The notes beneath the pieces are model-generated. The model was not told the origin of the DNA. It saw only the letters and a program-made list of their open reading frames with translations, and made no database searches. From assembly GCA_977020255.1 (NCBI GenBank), contig CDROCS010001929.1, positions 186,001 to 250,000 of the forward strand: a DNA stretch of 64,000 bases. Reading direction: 5' to 3'. This stretch comes from Obrimoposthia wandeli (taxonomy: Eukaryota). Both the position numbers and the translations under genes were made by a program. Of the stretch, positions 24,680 through 38,611 are shown in pieces. The number at the start of each line of letters is the position of its first letter. The stretch's first letter is position 1.

Positions 24680-27600
24680 TTTTAGGACTAAATTGGATTA
24701 TTTTACATGGATAAGACAAGAAAATATGATTATTTTATTAAAATGCACTCAGGTATCAAAAATATCATCTTTGTTAAAACATTGAATTATATTGTGAGAC
24801 CCGAGAAGTAATATAGTAAGTAATTATTCAGTTTTTACGGCACCTTTCATATTTGATAGATGCTGTTTTCATCGGTAAGTTTTACTATGTATTATTATTA
24901 ATGTCATTCTTATACTATATGACTGTGTGCCGACTTTTTACAGCGGCACTAATCAGTTGGATTAGGTGTATCTGGATTAATCTATCAAACACAGTTCCAC
25001 AAACAACGTTTTTGGATGAATTACAAACAACACAACACATACTTACCAAATTACCAGCAGACACAATTAAGAATACATCAAATAACATCACGTCGATTCT
25101 AGAATTAAAAAATCATATAAAAAGACAAACGTAAATAACATTCAAAATATAACAAAAAACATTTCCTTGATTAAATAAAAAATTATGCCTAAACAAAAAG
25201 GTACATCTGAAATCTTCAATAAATTTCAGATTAATTTCGTCTTTTTAAACTCTCGTATATTGAATAATTCAGACTTAATCAAAGAATGCTTGACGAAGAA
25301 ACTTTCATCGAACACAAACAATATTTTATTAGCCACATTAAACACTGTATAGTAAACTGTATAGAATAGAATACCACTTGTTTTGTCCATCTGCACCTAT
25401 AGATAAAATGAAAAACATTCTATAAAATTTCCCCACCAAAGATACCAGAAACGACGCACAAATGATTATATATTCTTTCAAACACAAAATGTAACGGATT
25501 CAAGCATAAATAACTATGAAATTTATTGCTATCATAAGACATATCGCCACCAGGCTGATAAATGTGAACCTCTGAAAATATACAAAAACTAAATACAATC
25601 GAATGCAAATGCACAATTGCAACGCCACATTTACGGTACAAATACAAAATTATCCGTTTGATTTGCTGGTGGGTTCAGGTTCAGACATTTCAATAATCTC
25701 AAAATGTTTGTAAATTTAGTTTTCACACACGATTAATATCAATAATATATGCTGCAAATAACACTTGCATTCGAACCTTTGGTCAGAAAAGAGTCCCATT
25801 CTTAACATAAAAACATACAACTGGGATTTCACCATAGCTGATGTAAATCAATCCATTTCGGGGTCAGGTTTTTTAATATATTATACAATATTAAGACTGC
25901 AGAAAATAAAGACTTGAACAAATACAGAAAGTCAGAAAAACACCTAAAAAACTTACCAACACATTACATTTTTACCATCACATACAAACTATCGGACCAC
26001 AGTTTTATAGCAAAGTACAAAAAACTAACTCCTGAGCAATATGAGGTAGCAAAAACTATTTTTGATAATTTATTAAATTATGGCGATATAAAACCGTCCT
26101 ATTCGCCATGGTCATCCGCATTAATGTCACATATCAATGAAGATGTAGTGGTTACTACATGTAGCTGAAAAAGTTCACAATCCCTGATAATTATCATAAT
26201 TAAAAAACTAAATAACTAAAAGATTATCGGACAAAGATTTCAGTAAAATTGACTTAAAATTTGCTTACCATCCACATCGCAATAGCCAAAAAAGACACAC
26301 AAAAACAGCAAAAATATACCATTCGGAATATATGAATATTTAAAAATGCTTTTTGGACTTCAGAACTTCGCATTCCACCGATTCATGAATTACACTTTTA
26401 CAAATATACAGAAAACAGTTACATGTGTCGATGACATACTCACAGCAAGCCCTGACATGGGCCAAACAGCACAAGAGACCCCAAAATAGTGAAAAAATAA
26501 ATAATTTGCAGCTGAAAAATTCAAAATATGTTTATTACAAAACATAAATAACAGTTTTGGAACACATCCTAACAAGGAGTATCAAACCAAACGCAGATAA
26601 AGGGTCAACTATACTAAGAAAAATTCACTCGTCCAAAAAGAGAAAAACAATTGTGGTAATTCTTAGTCATTATTTGAATAGTAATTCTTAAACATTATTA
26701 TTCAAATACACAAAGAACAAAAAAGTAAAACAAAAATAGTTGTAAAATCCACCAAGATTATACTTCTAGATGCAAATACTCGTTAAACGTTTTTGCAAGA
26801 CTTCAATTTAAGCCTAACAAAAGACTCTTCAAACATAGCAATATGAGCAGAGTTAGAATAAATTATCAACGGTATCAATTACAAACTAAAACACTTTCAG
26901 CTGAGAACGCCTAATTATTTACGTTCATTTATATTATATACGAACCATTAACCATTTTTAATCCGTATAAACACAAAAAAACATGTTCTAAACAACTACG
27001 ACAAACAATCTATAAACCACGCCAATGGTAACGCTAATATTGTCAATCCAATCACCAGTTCTGATATATTTGATAAAAATGAAATAATAAATGAATACAA
27101 AAAACATAAATTTAATAAAATCAAAATCACATAAACTCTACCTATTTTAAAATGTTTCATACGACGTCTCGACTCTAAACACCAGGTATCAAACGTTTCC
27201 GCTTATTTTTAAATCTCAGACTCGAGTGCATCGGTCATTATCATGACTTTCATCACCCAGGCACAAAGAGTACTTATGAGTTAATAAGACACCAATTTGT
27301 TTGGTCTTCGATGAGAAAAGAAATACAGAGCTATGTGAAGAGATTTACACAATAAAAATTATTAAACACAAAACCTGCACCGATAGAAAATTGCATATTA
27401 CTGTAGTACACTATACTGGACTACATAAAAAGTAGGAAATGTCCTTTACATCATAAATATACTCACATCTTAACAATAATTGACTACACAAATTATTGAA
27501 CTGCCACACCAGTTAAAAATTATCACAACAAAAACTATTTTAAACAAAATACACAAAGATTTTGCACGTTTATCTTTTGTACTTTGATACGATTTTAATT

Positions 27601-28010
27601 TCCAACGAAATTAGACAATTGGTAAGTAAAACCTCCAACGACTCGTTCCAAATATAAATTAAACGCAATATAACTACTTCATATAATCCCCAATCCAACG
27701 GTAAACTTTTACATTTGCGTAGACGAAGAAAAATATTATCTTGCCTCGAGCAACTTAATAATTGGCCGAAATGATACATCCAATAATGATGGATATCTGC
27801 AACACGCCTCACAACACGGACAATTTGAGTCAAACACAGAGTTTTCAAAAGTCCATATGGCATGAATAATACAGCAATGAAACTTGACATTAGAGATAAG
27901 GAATCTTTATACTATAACAGAACCATCTTAAAATTCTCAACTCATTGTAAGAATACATTCATCTCCATTGTCTATATCCACATAAAGAAAGCTCTGGAGC
28001 CCATATAAGG
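24680..28010 (+). mobile_element. Ty3/Gypsy gag-pol remnant B
   Basis: Gag knuckle CYHKTYRHQADKC; protease-like LLVGSGSDISI; RT IKPSYSPWSSAL, FSKIDLKFAYH and CVDDIL; integrase SYNPQSNGKL. No LTR pair identified. Confidence 0.85.
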
Positions 28011-28766
28011 AAAACTGAGCCTCGCCGGAATAATTAATTTATTAAAAATACAAGTTTCTTGTGAACAAATGATGTAATTTGCTTTTATTTCTCGTTATTT
28101 ATTTGCCAAAACTATTTTTCTTTTTATTAGTCTGCAGAATATTTTACGATGTACAATTTGAAACTTTTTAATATATGTTTGTCTGAATTTTCTTGAAGTA
28201 ATATTTATGTTTTAATTCGTTATTAGAGAAAAAAATGTTTTGAACCATATTGCTTCTTTTGATTTGTATTGGTAAATTTACTTATTTTTTAATATGTATA
28301 TAGTGCATTGGGATACATGAAGAAATATTCAAAACTGGCTTACCATTATTTAATTGTTGTAAAATTTTATTCCTAAGATACACAGGTAATATTTATATTT
28401 TAATATTGTATCAGTTTATTAAAAATCAGCAAAATACTACTTACAATTTTTGTTCATTTTTTAATTTGCGCTTATTAAAATATCATTGAAATAATTGTAT
28501 ATAGTATTTTAAATTGTTTAGAAATGATTATTTAAAATTGACAAATTTGTCGTTAACTGTTAAATATTATATTATATTTATTATTATTACATTTTTGAAA
28601 AAACAAACAATTTATATGTTTATTTTTCTTTTTTTATTCGCTGGTTCTTTATATATTACATTATAAACACAAACTTAATGGTTTAACATTTTATAATTAA
28701 AAATAGTTTATAAATAATTCATATAATTTATATAATTTATTTCAAAAATAGCAGCCCAAACATCAC

Positions 28767-28877
28767 TTTTAGAGTTTCAGGTTTTTTATCATCATCTGAG
28801 TTATCCCATTTGTTGATCAGTATAAACACATCGGGTTTGCTGGATTCCTCTGACTGATACTTGAAAAATCGTTTATC
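28767..28877 (-). CDS. Mfn: Mitofusin-like exon with G4 motif (PDVFILINKWD)
   Basis: ttccag acceptor and gtgatg donor; 111 bp, phase 0 to 0. Confidence 0.9.
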
Positions 28878-31199
28878 CTGGAAATATATATAAAATTAAC
28901 TTCAAAATTGATATCAATATTTACAATATTTTTATACTTTATCAAATTATAAAAAATATTGCTTCATATTACTTAAGTATGGGGTGTGTGTCTTTCGGAA
29001 CGATGCAAAGTACAAGTAGCAGGGCTTCGCGATGTGTGTATTTTTGTCGAATGTAAGACATATTTCCTCGAATAGTTGGATATTTAGTCATTTTTGTGAT
29101 ATTCGGTCGGTTTTCGTAATTTTTTACGTGTATTTTATAACAAGGCAAAGTATGAAGCGATTATTTGGATATATGGCTAACTTTTGGTGATATTCGGTCG
29201 ATTTTGGTCGAATGTAGGTCACTTTTGAATAAATTATAGTTCAATAACTTAATTTTCTGCATGATGTAAAACATCAATTTAGTATGAGAGTAATAGTTGT
29301 TTATTCTGTTTACATAGTTGTCATGGTCTCTTCTATAGGGCAGTCTTCGGAATGGAATCTTTTGGGGGTTTCTCTATGATCTCTTTTAAGGTTAGATGCA
29401 CTCTTTGACATGCGATATTTCAAAGCTTCGTCCGTGATCCTAATATGCTATTAGAAGAGGTTTATTTAATTTTAAAATACTCTGAATTAAAGAGAAAGTT
29501 TATTCATTTGAAATTGTTGTTAATTAGATAGGATAGTTTATTTGATTTCAAGTTACTGTCAAATACACAGCTTATTAATTTTTTATAACGTTCAATTAGA
29601 ATAGGTTCATTAATATATTCAAAAGGTTTAGAAAATTTCGTAAAATTATTCTTTAATTTTTCATGTATGTAAAAATTGTAACTAAAAAATATGTTCAATT
29701 AAAAATGATTCACAAATTTTCTAATATTCTAATATTTAACACAACTTAAAATCTTCAAAATATTATTTTGGCCAAAATTTCAAAAATTTAATTTGTCATA
29801 AAAAATTGTACTAAAATTCTAAAATATAGGGTAAATTTTCATAAATATTAGCGCAGAATTAAAAAAAAATATGGAGAAAAATACGATCAAGATAAAAAAT
29901 ATAGTTTTTTAAATTAAAGACGATGGAATAAACAGTTTTTTTTAATTATTATTTTCATATTTTAAAATTTAAGAGTTTTGGTTGTTTCTTAATAAATTTT
30001 GTTCAAAATGTGCATTAAGATATTTTTCAATTGCAGTTAATGTTTTATATAGTCCAATTTTTTGATGATTTTATAACAAACTTTTTACTTATTTTCTTAT
30101 TTAATATTATTAAATTATTATTAATTATATATCGGAGAAAATAAAAATACAAAATTTAAAACATTTAGATAATTCCATCGAGTATTTTCGATTAAAGAGT
30201 CACTGCTAATCTAAGAGTCCAATCTTGTATCCTTGAATCCTGAGATTGGCATTCCATTGTAAACCAGTTGAAAATTCATCTAATATTGTTCCATTCATAC
30301 TCCTGAAAGGGACATAATTTCCTTTGATAATGCATTTGGGTTCATAAAGAAGATTATCACAATTGCTTTTTTAAATCTTTTATTGATTCTGTAGTCATCA
30401 TCTTTTATAATATTGGAATTAAATATGATTTAAACAAATAATGTCTGATATCATGATAATATGATCGGAAAATTTGTTGGAGCTGCACATAAGTAGATGA
30501 AAAAAATTAAAAATAGAACAAAAATTAATTTAAATACATTTATTAAATAAACACAAATATTAAATTTAAAACTCAATATTAGCTTCACTCAGTCCAAAGA
30601 AGTTGTATAAAAAATACATCTACATCAGCATAATATCCATCTAGCCGTATTGAAATATTCCATATTTTTCATCTAAAAGTGGAATAATCAAATAACCAAG
30701 ATCATCTATAAAGGCCGGACTGGGATCACTTCAATCTGAAATTACATATCTTCATGTACATAATTAGGTATGTAAAATTCCTAAATATTTATGAATTAAT
30801 CAATATCAGATGTTATTAAAATTTTTAAAAAATATTTATTTTGACTTTTGATATTATCACTGGATTCATAACTCATATTATTTGATGTATTTTTAATATA
30901 TTACACGGTTTACCGTCAGAAAGTCTTTCCTGATAATAACCATTTCGTACATAACTCAGAAAAAGATTCATTCTAAAAATAAAGAAACTGATTAAAAAAT
31001 AATATTTATAAAAAGTTATATTTAAATAAGAAACAAATATTATGAAATAAAAAAATTAAAACTGATTACAATTTAATACAATTATACACATGAAAAAACA
31101 TGGTAAAAATAAAGTAACATAAAAGAAAAGAAATAGTCAAAACATAGGAATATGAACACACTCAATTTTCCACATAGGTAGCTTTGATCCAATTTCATC

Positions 31200-31400
31200 T
31201 TTATTGTAACCATAAACCCGAATTGTTGCAGTACATTGTTTCTTTTTGGAAACGCATCAACATCTATTTATCTTCCATATTCATCTGAAAATGCCGAATT
31301 AGCACTTCGGATATAATACTCGTTATTATTGAATATGAACTTGAAACTGCTTTTATACAAATTTCTATTTAAGATATTGAAAATCTGGTTTTTGAATACT
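31200..31400 (-). pseudogene. FLYWCH-like zinc-finger fragment
   Basis: FIFNNNEYY...WKINRC.CVSKKKQCTATIRVYG; disrupted. Confidence 0.3.
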
Positions 31401-31529
31401 TGATAGATAATAGCTAGACTTTCTTCTTTCAATTGTCACAGGATTTACTAAAGCAATTATTTGAGCCATTTCAAGGCCTTGAATTTATAAACAAACAGTG
31501 AACCATTATAAAAAACAAACATTTTCAAT

Positions 31530-31860
31530 GTATTTTAAGAAGCTGATTGTAAAACGTAAACGCAAAGTAAAAACAAAGCCTACGATATCAAGAAAAAGAA
31601 ACAGCAAGACACAGCAAGAAAAAAGAAGTAAATAAATTGATCAAGTCTGCAGTTTTAAGTCAACAAAAATTTAAATGGTTTTGAATATAAACAATATTAA
31701 ACATTAAAAAAAATTAATTATGAAAGTACAAAGAAGCATACCCTATTTTAAAGCTTTGATCAAAACTTCTTCTCAAAAGATAATGAGTGTTCTTAAAGCA
31801 TTTTCATCTTTTGTTGCAGATGGTTTTTTGGTAGTTTTGTATAATATACTTTTGGGTTGA
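31530..31860 (+). pseudogene. Polinton small accessory ORFs (Lys/Arg-rich ORF; MKVQRSIPYFKALIK...NILLG)
   Basis: FKKLIVKRKR is shared with about 7300-7440(-) in element 1. The second ORF resembles a small Polinton ORF family recalled from memory. Confidence 0.5.
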
Positions 31861-32439
31861 GTAAAAATATGACATTGATCTGGTTGGTACTGCAGATTCA
31901 TTTTCTTTCAGTCCGTCGTATATCCTGTATATCCAGTCTTATTGCACTCCATCGCTAAAGCAGCATATATATTCTGGTTAAGGATTTCTCATTTCTTCCC
32001 ATTTGTTTTCTAATATTTCGGCTATCCGTGACAGGAGCTTTTTCATTTGATGAAAGTCCATTTTATAAATAATGAAATAAAAAATAAAACTAAAACCTAT
32101 TTATATAAATTTTAAATAATTTTAATCTAATTAAATTCTATAAAAATGAATTAATTTTAAAAGTAATTTTTTATATCTTTAATATACTTTAATAATCCAA
32201 TAATTAAAAATTTAATGATATGAGATAAAAACACATATTTTACAATTTATATCTAATTTGATTAAAAACAAATATTTATCAAATAAATAAAAAGTTTTTA
32301 AACTAAAGCTAAATATATCTATTTAAAAAGCAATACTTTTAATTTTAAAATACATAAAACTTTAAAAAATATTATTAAATATTTATAGCCGAGAAATAAA
32401 AAAAATAAGACTGTAGTTTACTTTTGAAAAATTATATTT

Positions 32440-34454
32440 TACGAAAGTATTTTGCAAAGTCATCATGGTAATCATCCTCATCGATATTCATTCGACTTTG
32501 TGGCCGAGGTTTTGGTGGTACCGGTGGCTTTTTCTTCGGCTGCACAACTACTGGTTGATATGCAGAAATTGTCGTTCCCGGCGACATTTACAGGATTGGC
32601 CTCAACATTTTGAGAGATGCTGCAGCCGAAGAATTTGCCGTAGTCGATGAGGTTGACGACAGAGGCATTAGGGCCCTATCTTTTTTCTTATTTGAGCCTC
32701 GTTTCTTCCTGGCTTCTGGTCCTTCACGCGCTCCAGCTGCCGTGCTACTATATCCTGTTACCGATTAAAACAGGATACACGGCTGTTGATTTCGACCATG
32801 GGTATCGAGTTCCGCCAAGAACTCGTCTAGGTCTGCATCGAGCCAGGCCCTCTTCAGGTTTTGGTTTATTTATGGTGCTGGACTAGAAGATGTTTTTACA
32901 TTTTCCAAAATTCACACCAAGTTTTGACTGACGCTTGATGGCTGCTGCATAACGGTTGATGGCGATGGAGTACACAGATTGACCAGCAATATTTCTTGTA
33001 AACGACCACCCACTGCTTGCACCTTGATGCGATAGGTGTAGCCTCTCCCAGCAACTCCTTCAGTAGCTGCATCTTATCTGGTTCTAACATTAAAACATAA
33101 AGAACTTTAAAAAATTATACAAAAAATGTACCTCTTGCCAACTTCACTTACTTTCTTTTGACGGTTTCTGTCTTCACCTTGTGCCTCCTCGAGTTTTGCA
33201 CAATTGCTTCTTTCCGGCCAGCCTCGATGATTGGATAAGTCTTCTCAAGCATCTCGTCCACTTGCTGCACCTAATTGGGTTCATACATCAAAAAATTAAT
33301 TATATTTTCTAATATTAAATATTTACCTGAATGTTATCTTATCGTAGGACACTAGGTATGGCTACTGAGTCCTCGGGAACTTCTGGCTGCATTGACCAGC
33401 GATTATTTCAGTTTCCAGCAACCTCTTCACCAAAGTCACCATCAGGACCATATCCAGTTGGAGTTTCTGAAAGAAAATATTATTTAAATAAATTAACCAA
33501 CCTTATTCGACGCATTTATTCTCCTGATTCATTTTACAGGAGTCCGTGGCCTTTCGAATATTAACTCTGGCAGCATCACCATATCATCTGGAGTATAAAT
33601 TGGAGTAGCAGCAGGTGACGTGGTAATACCGTCCCAATCATATATGAAAAGACACAACATCTTTGTTCAACTCAGCGACAATAGAATCGTTTTTGGTTGG
33701 AGCTTCGCTGCTGGTCGGGAGAGTTGGGGTGACGTCATCCCACTCATCGAGGAAAAAAGTTACATTCTCATCCTTGTCATACTTGAACATGATACTGTCA
33801 CTGATTTCTCGACTGTATCCTATGGGAGACTCGGAGTCACGCCGTCCCAATCTTTGATGAATGGTAATAAGTCATCTTCCTCATATTTGTGTATCGTCGG
33901 CTCGAAACTTTTGGCATTCACAGCGGGTTATTCGTTGCAGTCTAAAGCAAAGACTGTATCCAGCTGAGACAACAGGATCAAATTCCAGTGACATTGGCGT
34001 TTGATACGTACTTCGATGTTACCGAAGATGTTACTCCTTTTCGATGGTGTCTCCAAAGGTATCCTTGCTGCGTTTGCTGAAGTTGACTGCCGATAAACAA
34101 TGACTACACCACGCTGAGGACTACAGTCTTCCCAATTTTCTGTCAAATTCAAATTAATCAGGTTAATATATTGAGATATATGTACCTTTTCTCTTTGTGC
34201 TGCTTCTCTTCCTCTTGCTGCTCCTCCTCCTGCTGCTGGTACAGCTTCCATTGTAGTTGAAGTGACAAGAGGTTCTTCCAGGTTCATCGACCCTTGACTA
34301 ATCAAATCGATATACAGCAAAGCCTCTACTCTTGCAGCTTATGCTCCTTCTTATTTTCGTAGCAAGAGATTGGCTCACAACCTTCGAGTGGTGGCATCTA
34401 ACGCTGCAGTTGATTCTCAAGTTCCGCATTCATATCAACATTGTTATGAGGCAT
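32440..34454 (-). pseudogene. Uncharacterised Polinton accessory gene X, copy 2, with apparent short introns
   Basis: Homologous to 2944-4017, including the upstream promoter block. AT-rich segments of about 45-60 bp with intron-like boundaries lie near 33085-33130, 33270-33325 and 33468-33500. Confidence 0.7.
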
Positions 34455-34949
34455 ATTTTGATGATTGACAATTTATGAAAATACTTCTCCTTAAATACAG
34501 AAATATCAGACTAACCCTATTTCATCGTCTAATGAGAGCGTGTTATTGAAATACTTTATTTAAAAAGTTGTAGTTTTCAATCACGTATGTGTGTGTCATG
34601 GGATAGGAAAATATTTTCAATTAAGTTATTCAAAAATAGTTGTAAAATTATTTCGGGTATTTGTGTGTTGTTGGAGCAGTAGAGATTTGTGTTAGATGAG
34701 AAACAAAACATCACATTGTTTTGGGTTTATATGAATATAAATACTTACACAGAATTGTTTTCCCGTCAATGTTGCGAGAAAACCTTTTGGCCTTATATGT
34801 ATATCGCTACGCTACGATTTCACTACGATACAGAGAATAAACCTAAGAATCTGTAATAAACTTGTTGTAGTATTATTGAATAAGGATATGTTTAGATAGA
34901 TTGATTTACATATGGCATACATTATTAGATTCAGGTAAGTTGAATATGT

Positions 34950-35330
34950 ATGAGCTCCAATATACGTAGTTCGAGAAGTATATATACGGAGTACTCTTTT
35001 AACTGTATCAGCAACAGGGAGTCTGGTTTTGACCTCATCTGGAGCAGCAGCATCAGAGAACGTGACTATTAAGTTGGGTTTGTTGTTGGTAGTGCTGGCT
35101 TGAATTTTCATTGAATGGTGACACAGTTAAATAGCTATTGCTGCCTGATCTGCAGGTTGAGTATGTTCTCTGACAAGAACATGATTCCCATACTCTTTGT
35201 TTGTTTTAAGAACACCATTACAACTCTGACGTTTCACACAACGTCAGATTATTTCATCTTTTGATTTCATTACAACGTTAACAGTATAAATGAAGCCACG
35301 TAAACAAAGCTTTATGCCACCTCCTTTGAT
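34950..35330 (-). pseudogene. MULE/Mutator-type transposase N-terminus with FLYWCH domain
   Basis: GGIKLCLRGFIYT...RCVKRQSCNGVLKT...H; LPVADTVKRVLR. Confidence 0.6.
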
Positions 35331-36486
35331 ATAGCTAATCTCCATTTTGTAATTATTCCTGAATTGAATAAATAATTGGACACAAAAGTAAATCAAACTC
35401 ATATAAATTGGCTGAAATATAAATTTTTCATAAAAATCTCAAAAATAACGAACATCATCTTTAACTAAACTTAATTGAATAAAATTGAAATCTTATAAAT
35501 TGACCAAAAATCTTATTAGAATGAACATCATCGTCAACTAAATTAAATTATATAAAATTGAAATCTTATAAATTGACCCAAAACAACCTAGTAAAACGAA
35601 CACCATTTTCAACCAATCCTTAATTGATACAAAATATTTTATAAATCTTAAAATTAGAAAATAAAAATTCTCAAAAGTCCGAAACGTCTTACTTGAAAAA
35701 AAGGCCAGTACAAAACATCCTAGATTCCTGAATTATATAACAAGGACATGATGTATGTATACTAATTAAATTGATTACTATTACATACTTCTTTGAAAAA
35801 TCGCCATATTGATTTTGAAATTTAACGTAAATATTTATGAAATTTTGAAATTTCGCCAAAATTATATTATGAAACTTAAACTTTAAAATAAATTGAATTC
35901 TAGAAAATTAGTTAATAGTTTTAAACAAAAAATATTGCTTAGTTAAAAGATTTAGATGCATAAAAACCTTATATATATATTTTTAATTAGGGATTATTTT
36001 TATTTACACCCTTTTAACCAACTCAAAAACCTTTTCTAATCGATCATATTTTAAAATTAATACTCGCTCTCTAATTAGAGTTGAATTTTAGTTGACTAAT
36101 AAATAAGAAACACAGTAATCATCTACTTTTTAAAATACATGAGAATGTATTGTATGTCAAGAGAAAACGTTGTTACAATTTACTGATCTCATATGAGATC
36201 ACTGGGATAATGTAGGGTATTTAGTATTATTACGTAATGATTTTAGTAGGGGATTAAACATATATTATACGATAAGATCTGCATAATTCTCAATAAATAT
36301 ATGAAACAATCTTTTTTAATTTTACTTTTTAATTAAATATATTACAAACATGTCACATCTACGTTAGGGTGCATCAAAAAAATTAAAGTTCTGAAATTGA
36401 TCTGACTGGTGATTAATTTTGTTTCACTTGGTGACAGATATTTTGTATTAAAATATTTTCATAATTGAAGAATATTTAGAGGTCCC

Positions 36487-36910
36487 CCCATGATGTTCAA
36501 TTTTGTTCATATTTTCATAATACAAGCCCTTTTACATTATAATGTAAAACTCCAGGGATCTAAATATTCTTCATATGCAGATTCTATATTATTTTTCTAT
36601 TAATGGTTTTTTTAATTTTTTTATTTCAGAATAATTAATTATTAGAAATCAACATTCATCAGCAATTCAGCATCCATGGACCATCATGGACAAGAGATCC
36701 CTTCACAATGTTCAATTGTGTTCATATTGTTATAACACAAGCCTCTTAAATTATAATGAAATGCTCCAGGCATCTAAATATTCTTTATATGCAGGTTCTA
36801 TATTATTCGTCTATTAATGGGTCTTATGAATTTCTTTTCGTTTCAGAATAATTAATTATTATACATCAACATTCATCAGCAATTCAGCATCCATCGACCA
36901 TCATGGACAA
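36487..36910 (+). repeat. Tandem duplication (about 210 bp, two copies) in the hAT 5' region
   Basis: Both copies end ttcagaataattaattatta..tcaacattcatcagcaattcagcatccat.gaccatcatggacaa. Confidence 0.85.
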
Positions 36911-38480
36911 AGTACCTTCAACAGAATCAACATCTGATCAATCAAAACACCCTCAGAACTCTAAGCCCATAGTTACTTTAAAAACACGTCTTGCCACTCA
37001 GTTGTTCGGACTTGGTGCTGCAATCTGCAATGATGATGCTGTAATAACTGGCTCTAGACTACCAACTTGTTTGCAAGTGTTGAGGTGCATGATGTACCAC
37101 TGCAATGCAGCTGCTCACAGTGGAAGACCAGGGTATGTTGGGGCAACAAGTCGCTTTACTACAGCCAAGCTGGTTCTGCAGCAAGTAGCCACACTCTACC
37201 ACAAGGCCAACATTCCAATGGTCACAGAGCATAGAGCATGTGAAAAAATTGTGAAACTTCTAGATGACAACAATAAACTGCGTGCTATAGACAAGAGTCG
37301 CCGCAATACACCAGCCACTCTGCGCCGTCTAGAAGACACACAGCGCCTGCTAGCATCAACATTTCAGCTCTGGCCACCAAATGTCAAGAGTCTCCTAAAG
37401 AACCAAGAAGATCTAGCATTCCTTCAGTCAATGAAAGGTGACAGAGCCGCTTGCTTTGGTGCTTTCGACAAGAAGCTCAAACAGAAAATGTCCAGGCGGA
37501 TCTCTCGTGAAGAGGTAGAAGCAAAGCGTCTGAATCGCGCTCGTGAAGACCTGGAAGCTTCTACAAATGGATGCTACACAAACCAAGCTACTGGGGGTTC
37601 CAAGCTATAAGAAGGCAACCAACCAATCAGTAGGAAAAGTCATTGCAGACCTTACAATGAAGCTCATGGTAGAATGGCACTGCACAGACAGAATTGTAAA
37701 CATGACATTTGACACAACAAGTTCAAATACAGGCCACCTTACTGCAGCTTGCATTTCTATCCAGGATGTATTGCAGCGACCTCTCCTATGGTTTGGTTGT
37801 CGCCATCAGATTGGCGAAGTATTGCTCTCACATGTATTTGAAGACTTGAAGATTGAAGCGTCAAAGTCGTCAGACATCTCCTTATTCACCCGTCTTCGTA
37901 GCAACTGGCATGTACTGCCACACAGCTCAAGAGAATCACTCCCATTTTGTCCAGATGATCAGAGTCCAGAGGCACAGGAGCTGTTAGCTTCAATGAAGGC
38001 TGAAATGGTTGAATGTGCCACTAAAGTTGTAGAATTTCAGCGTGATGACTATCGTGAATTCACTGAGCTTTCGATGGTGTATCTTAGTGCTTCAGATCAT
38101 GTGACTTTCCGACGTCCGGGCGCTGTTCACAAGGCAAGATGGCTTGCCAAATTGCTATATTGCTTGAAAATAGCACTCAGTGAAAAACAAATTGCCAAAC
38201 TGCGACCAGGTACAATTACTAGTCGGCAGCAAGTGTCCAAAGTTCGTGCACTTGCTACTTTTGTAACTCATGTGTATGGTGTTTGGTGGCTCACCTGAAT
38301 CGCTTTGGGGCAGGTTGGGGCAAACCCAGATTCCCAATGATAACTGCATCAACATGCTTGTGTGACCTAGTTGGAGTGGACTCCTGGTTCACTATCTACC
38401 GTCTGCAGATTGACGACAATTTCCTTCAACTTCCCGTTTCTGAGTGTGGGGAAATTTACAAGGGCTTGGGGGACCTCTAA
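36903..38480 (+). pseudogene. hAT-type transposase fragments
   Basis: FDTTSSNTG; LLWFGCRHQIGE (CxxH); RDDYRE; PGAVHKARWLAK. Split across ORFs 36903-37610, 37543-38298 and 38283-38480. Confidence 0.85.
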
Positions 38481-38611
38481 ATCAACTTCAATTTTCAAAA
38501 TATGTTATCAGTGTGATCCTTGGCCATGATGGAACAAAACTGAAACATAGACAACTCAAAAAAAGAAAAGTAATTTTTTTACATGTTAATTTGATACACC
38601 CTAATCTACGT

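Larger units (their letters stand above)
36365..38603 (+). mobile_element. hAT-superfamily DNA transposon (hATm-like), internally deleted, 2239 bp
   Basis: TIRs TAGGGTG(C/T)ATCAAA and a perfect 8-bp TSD atctacgt (36357-36364, 38604-38611). Confidence 0.92.
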
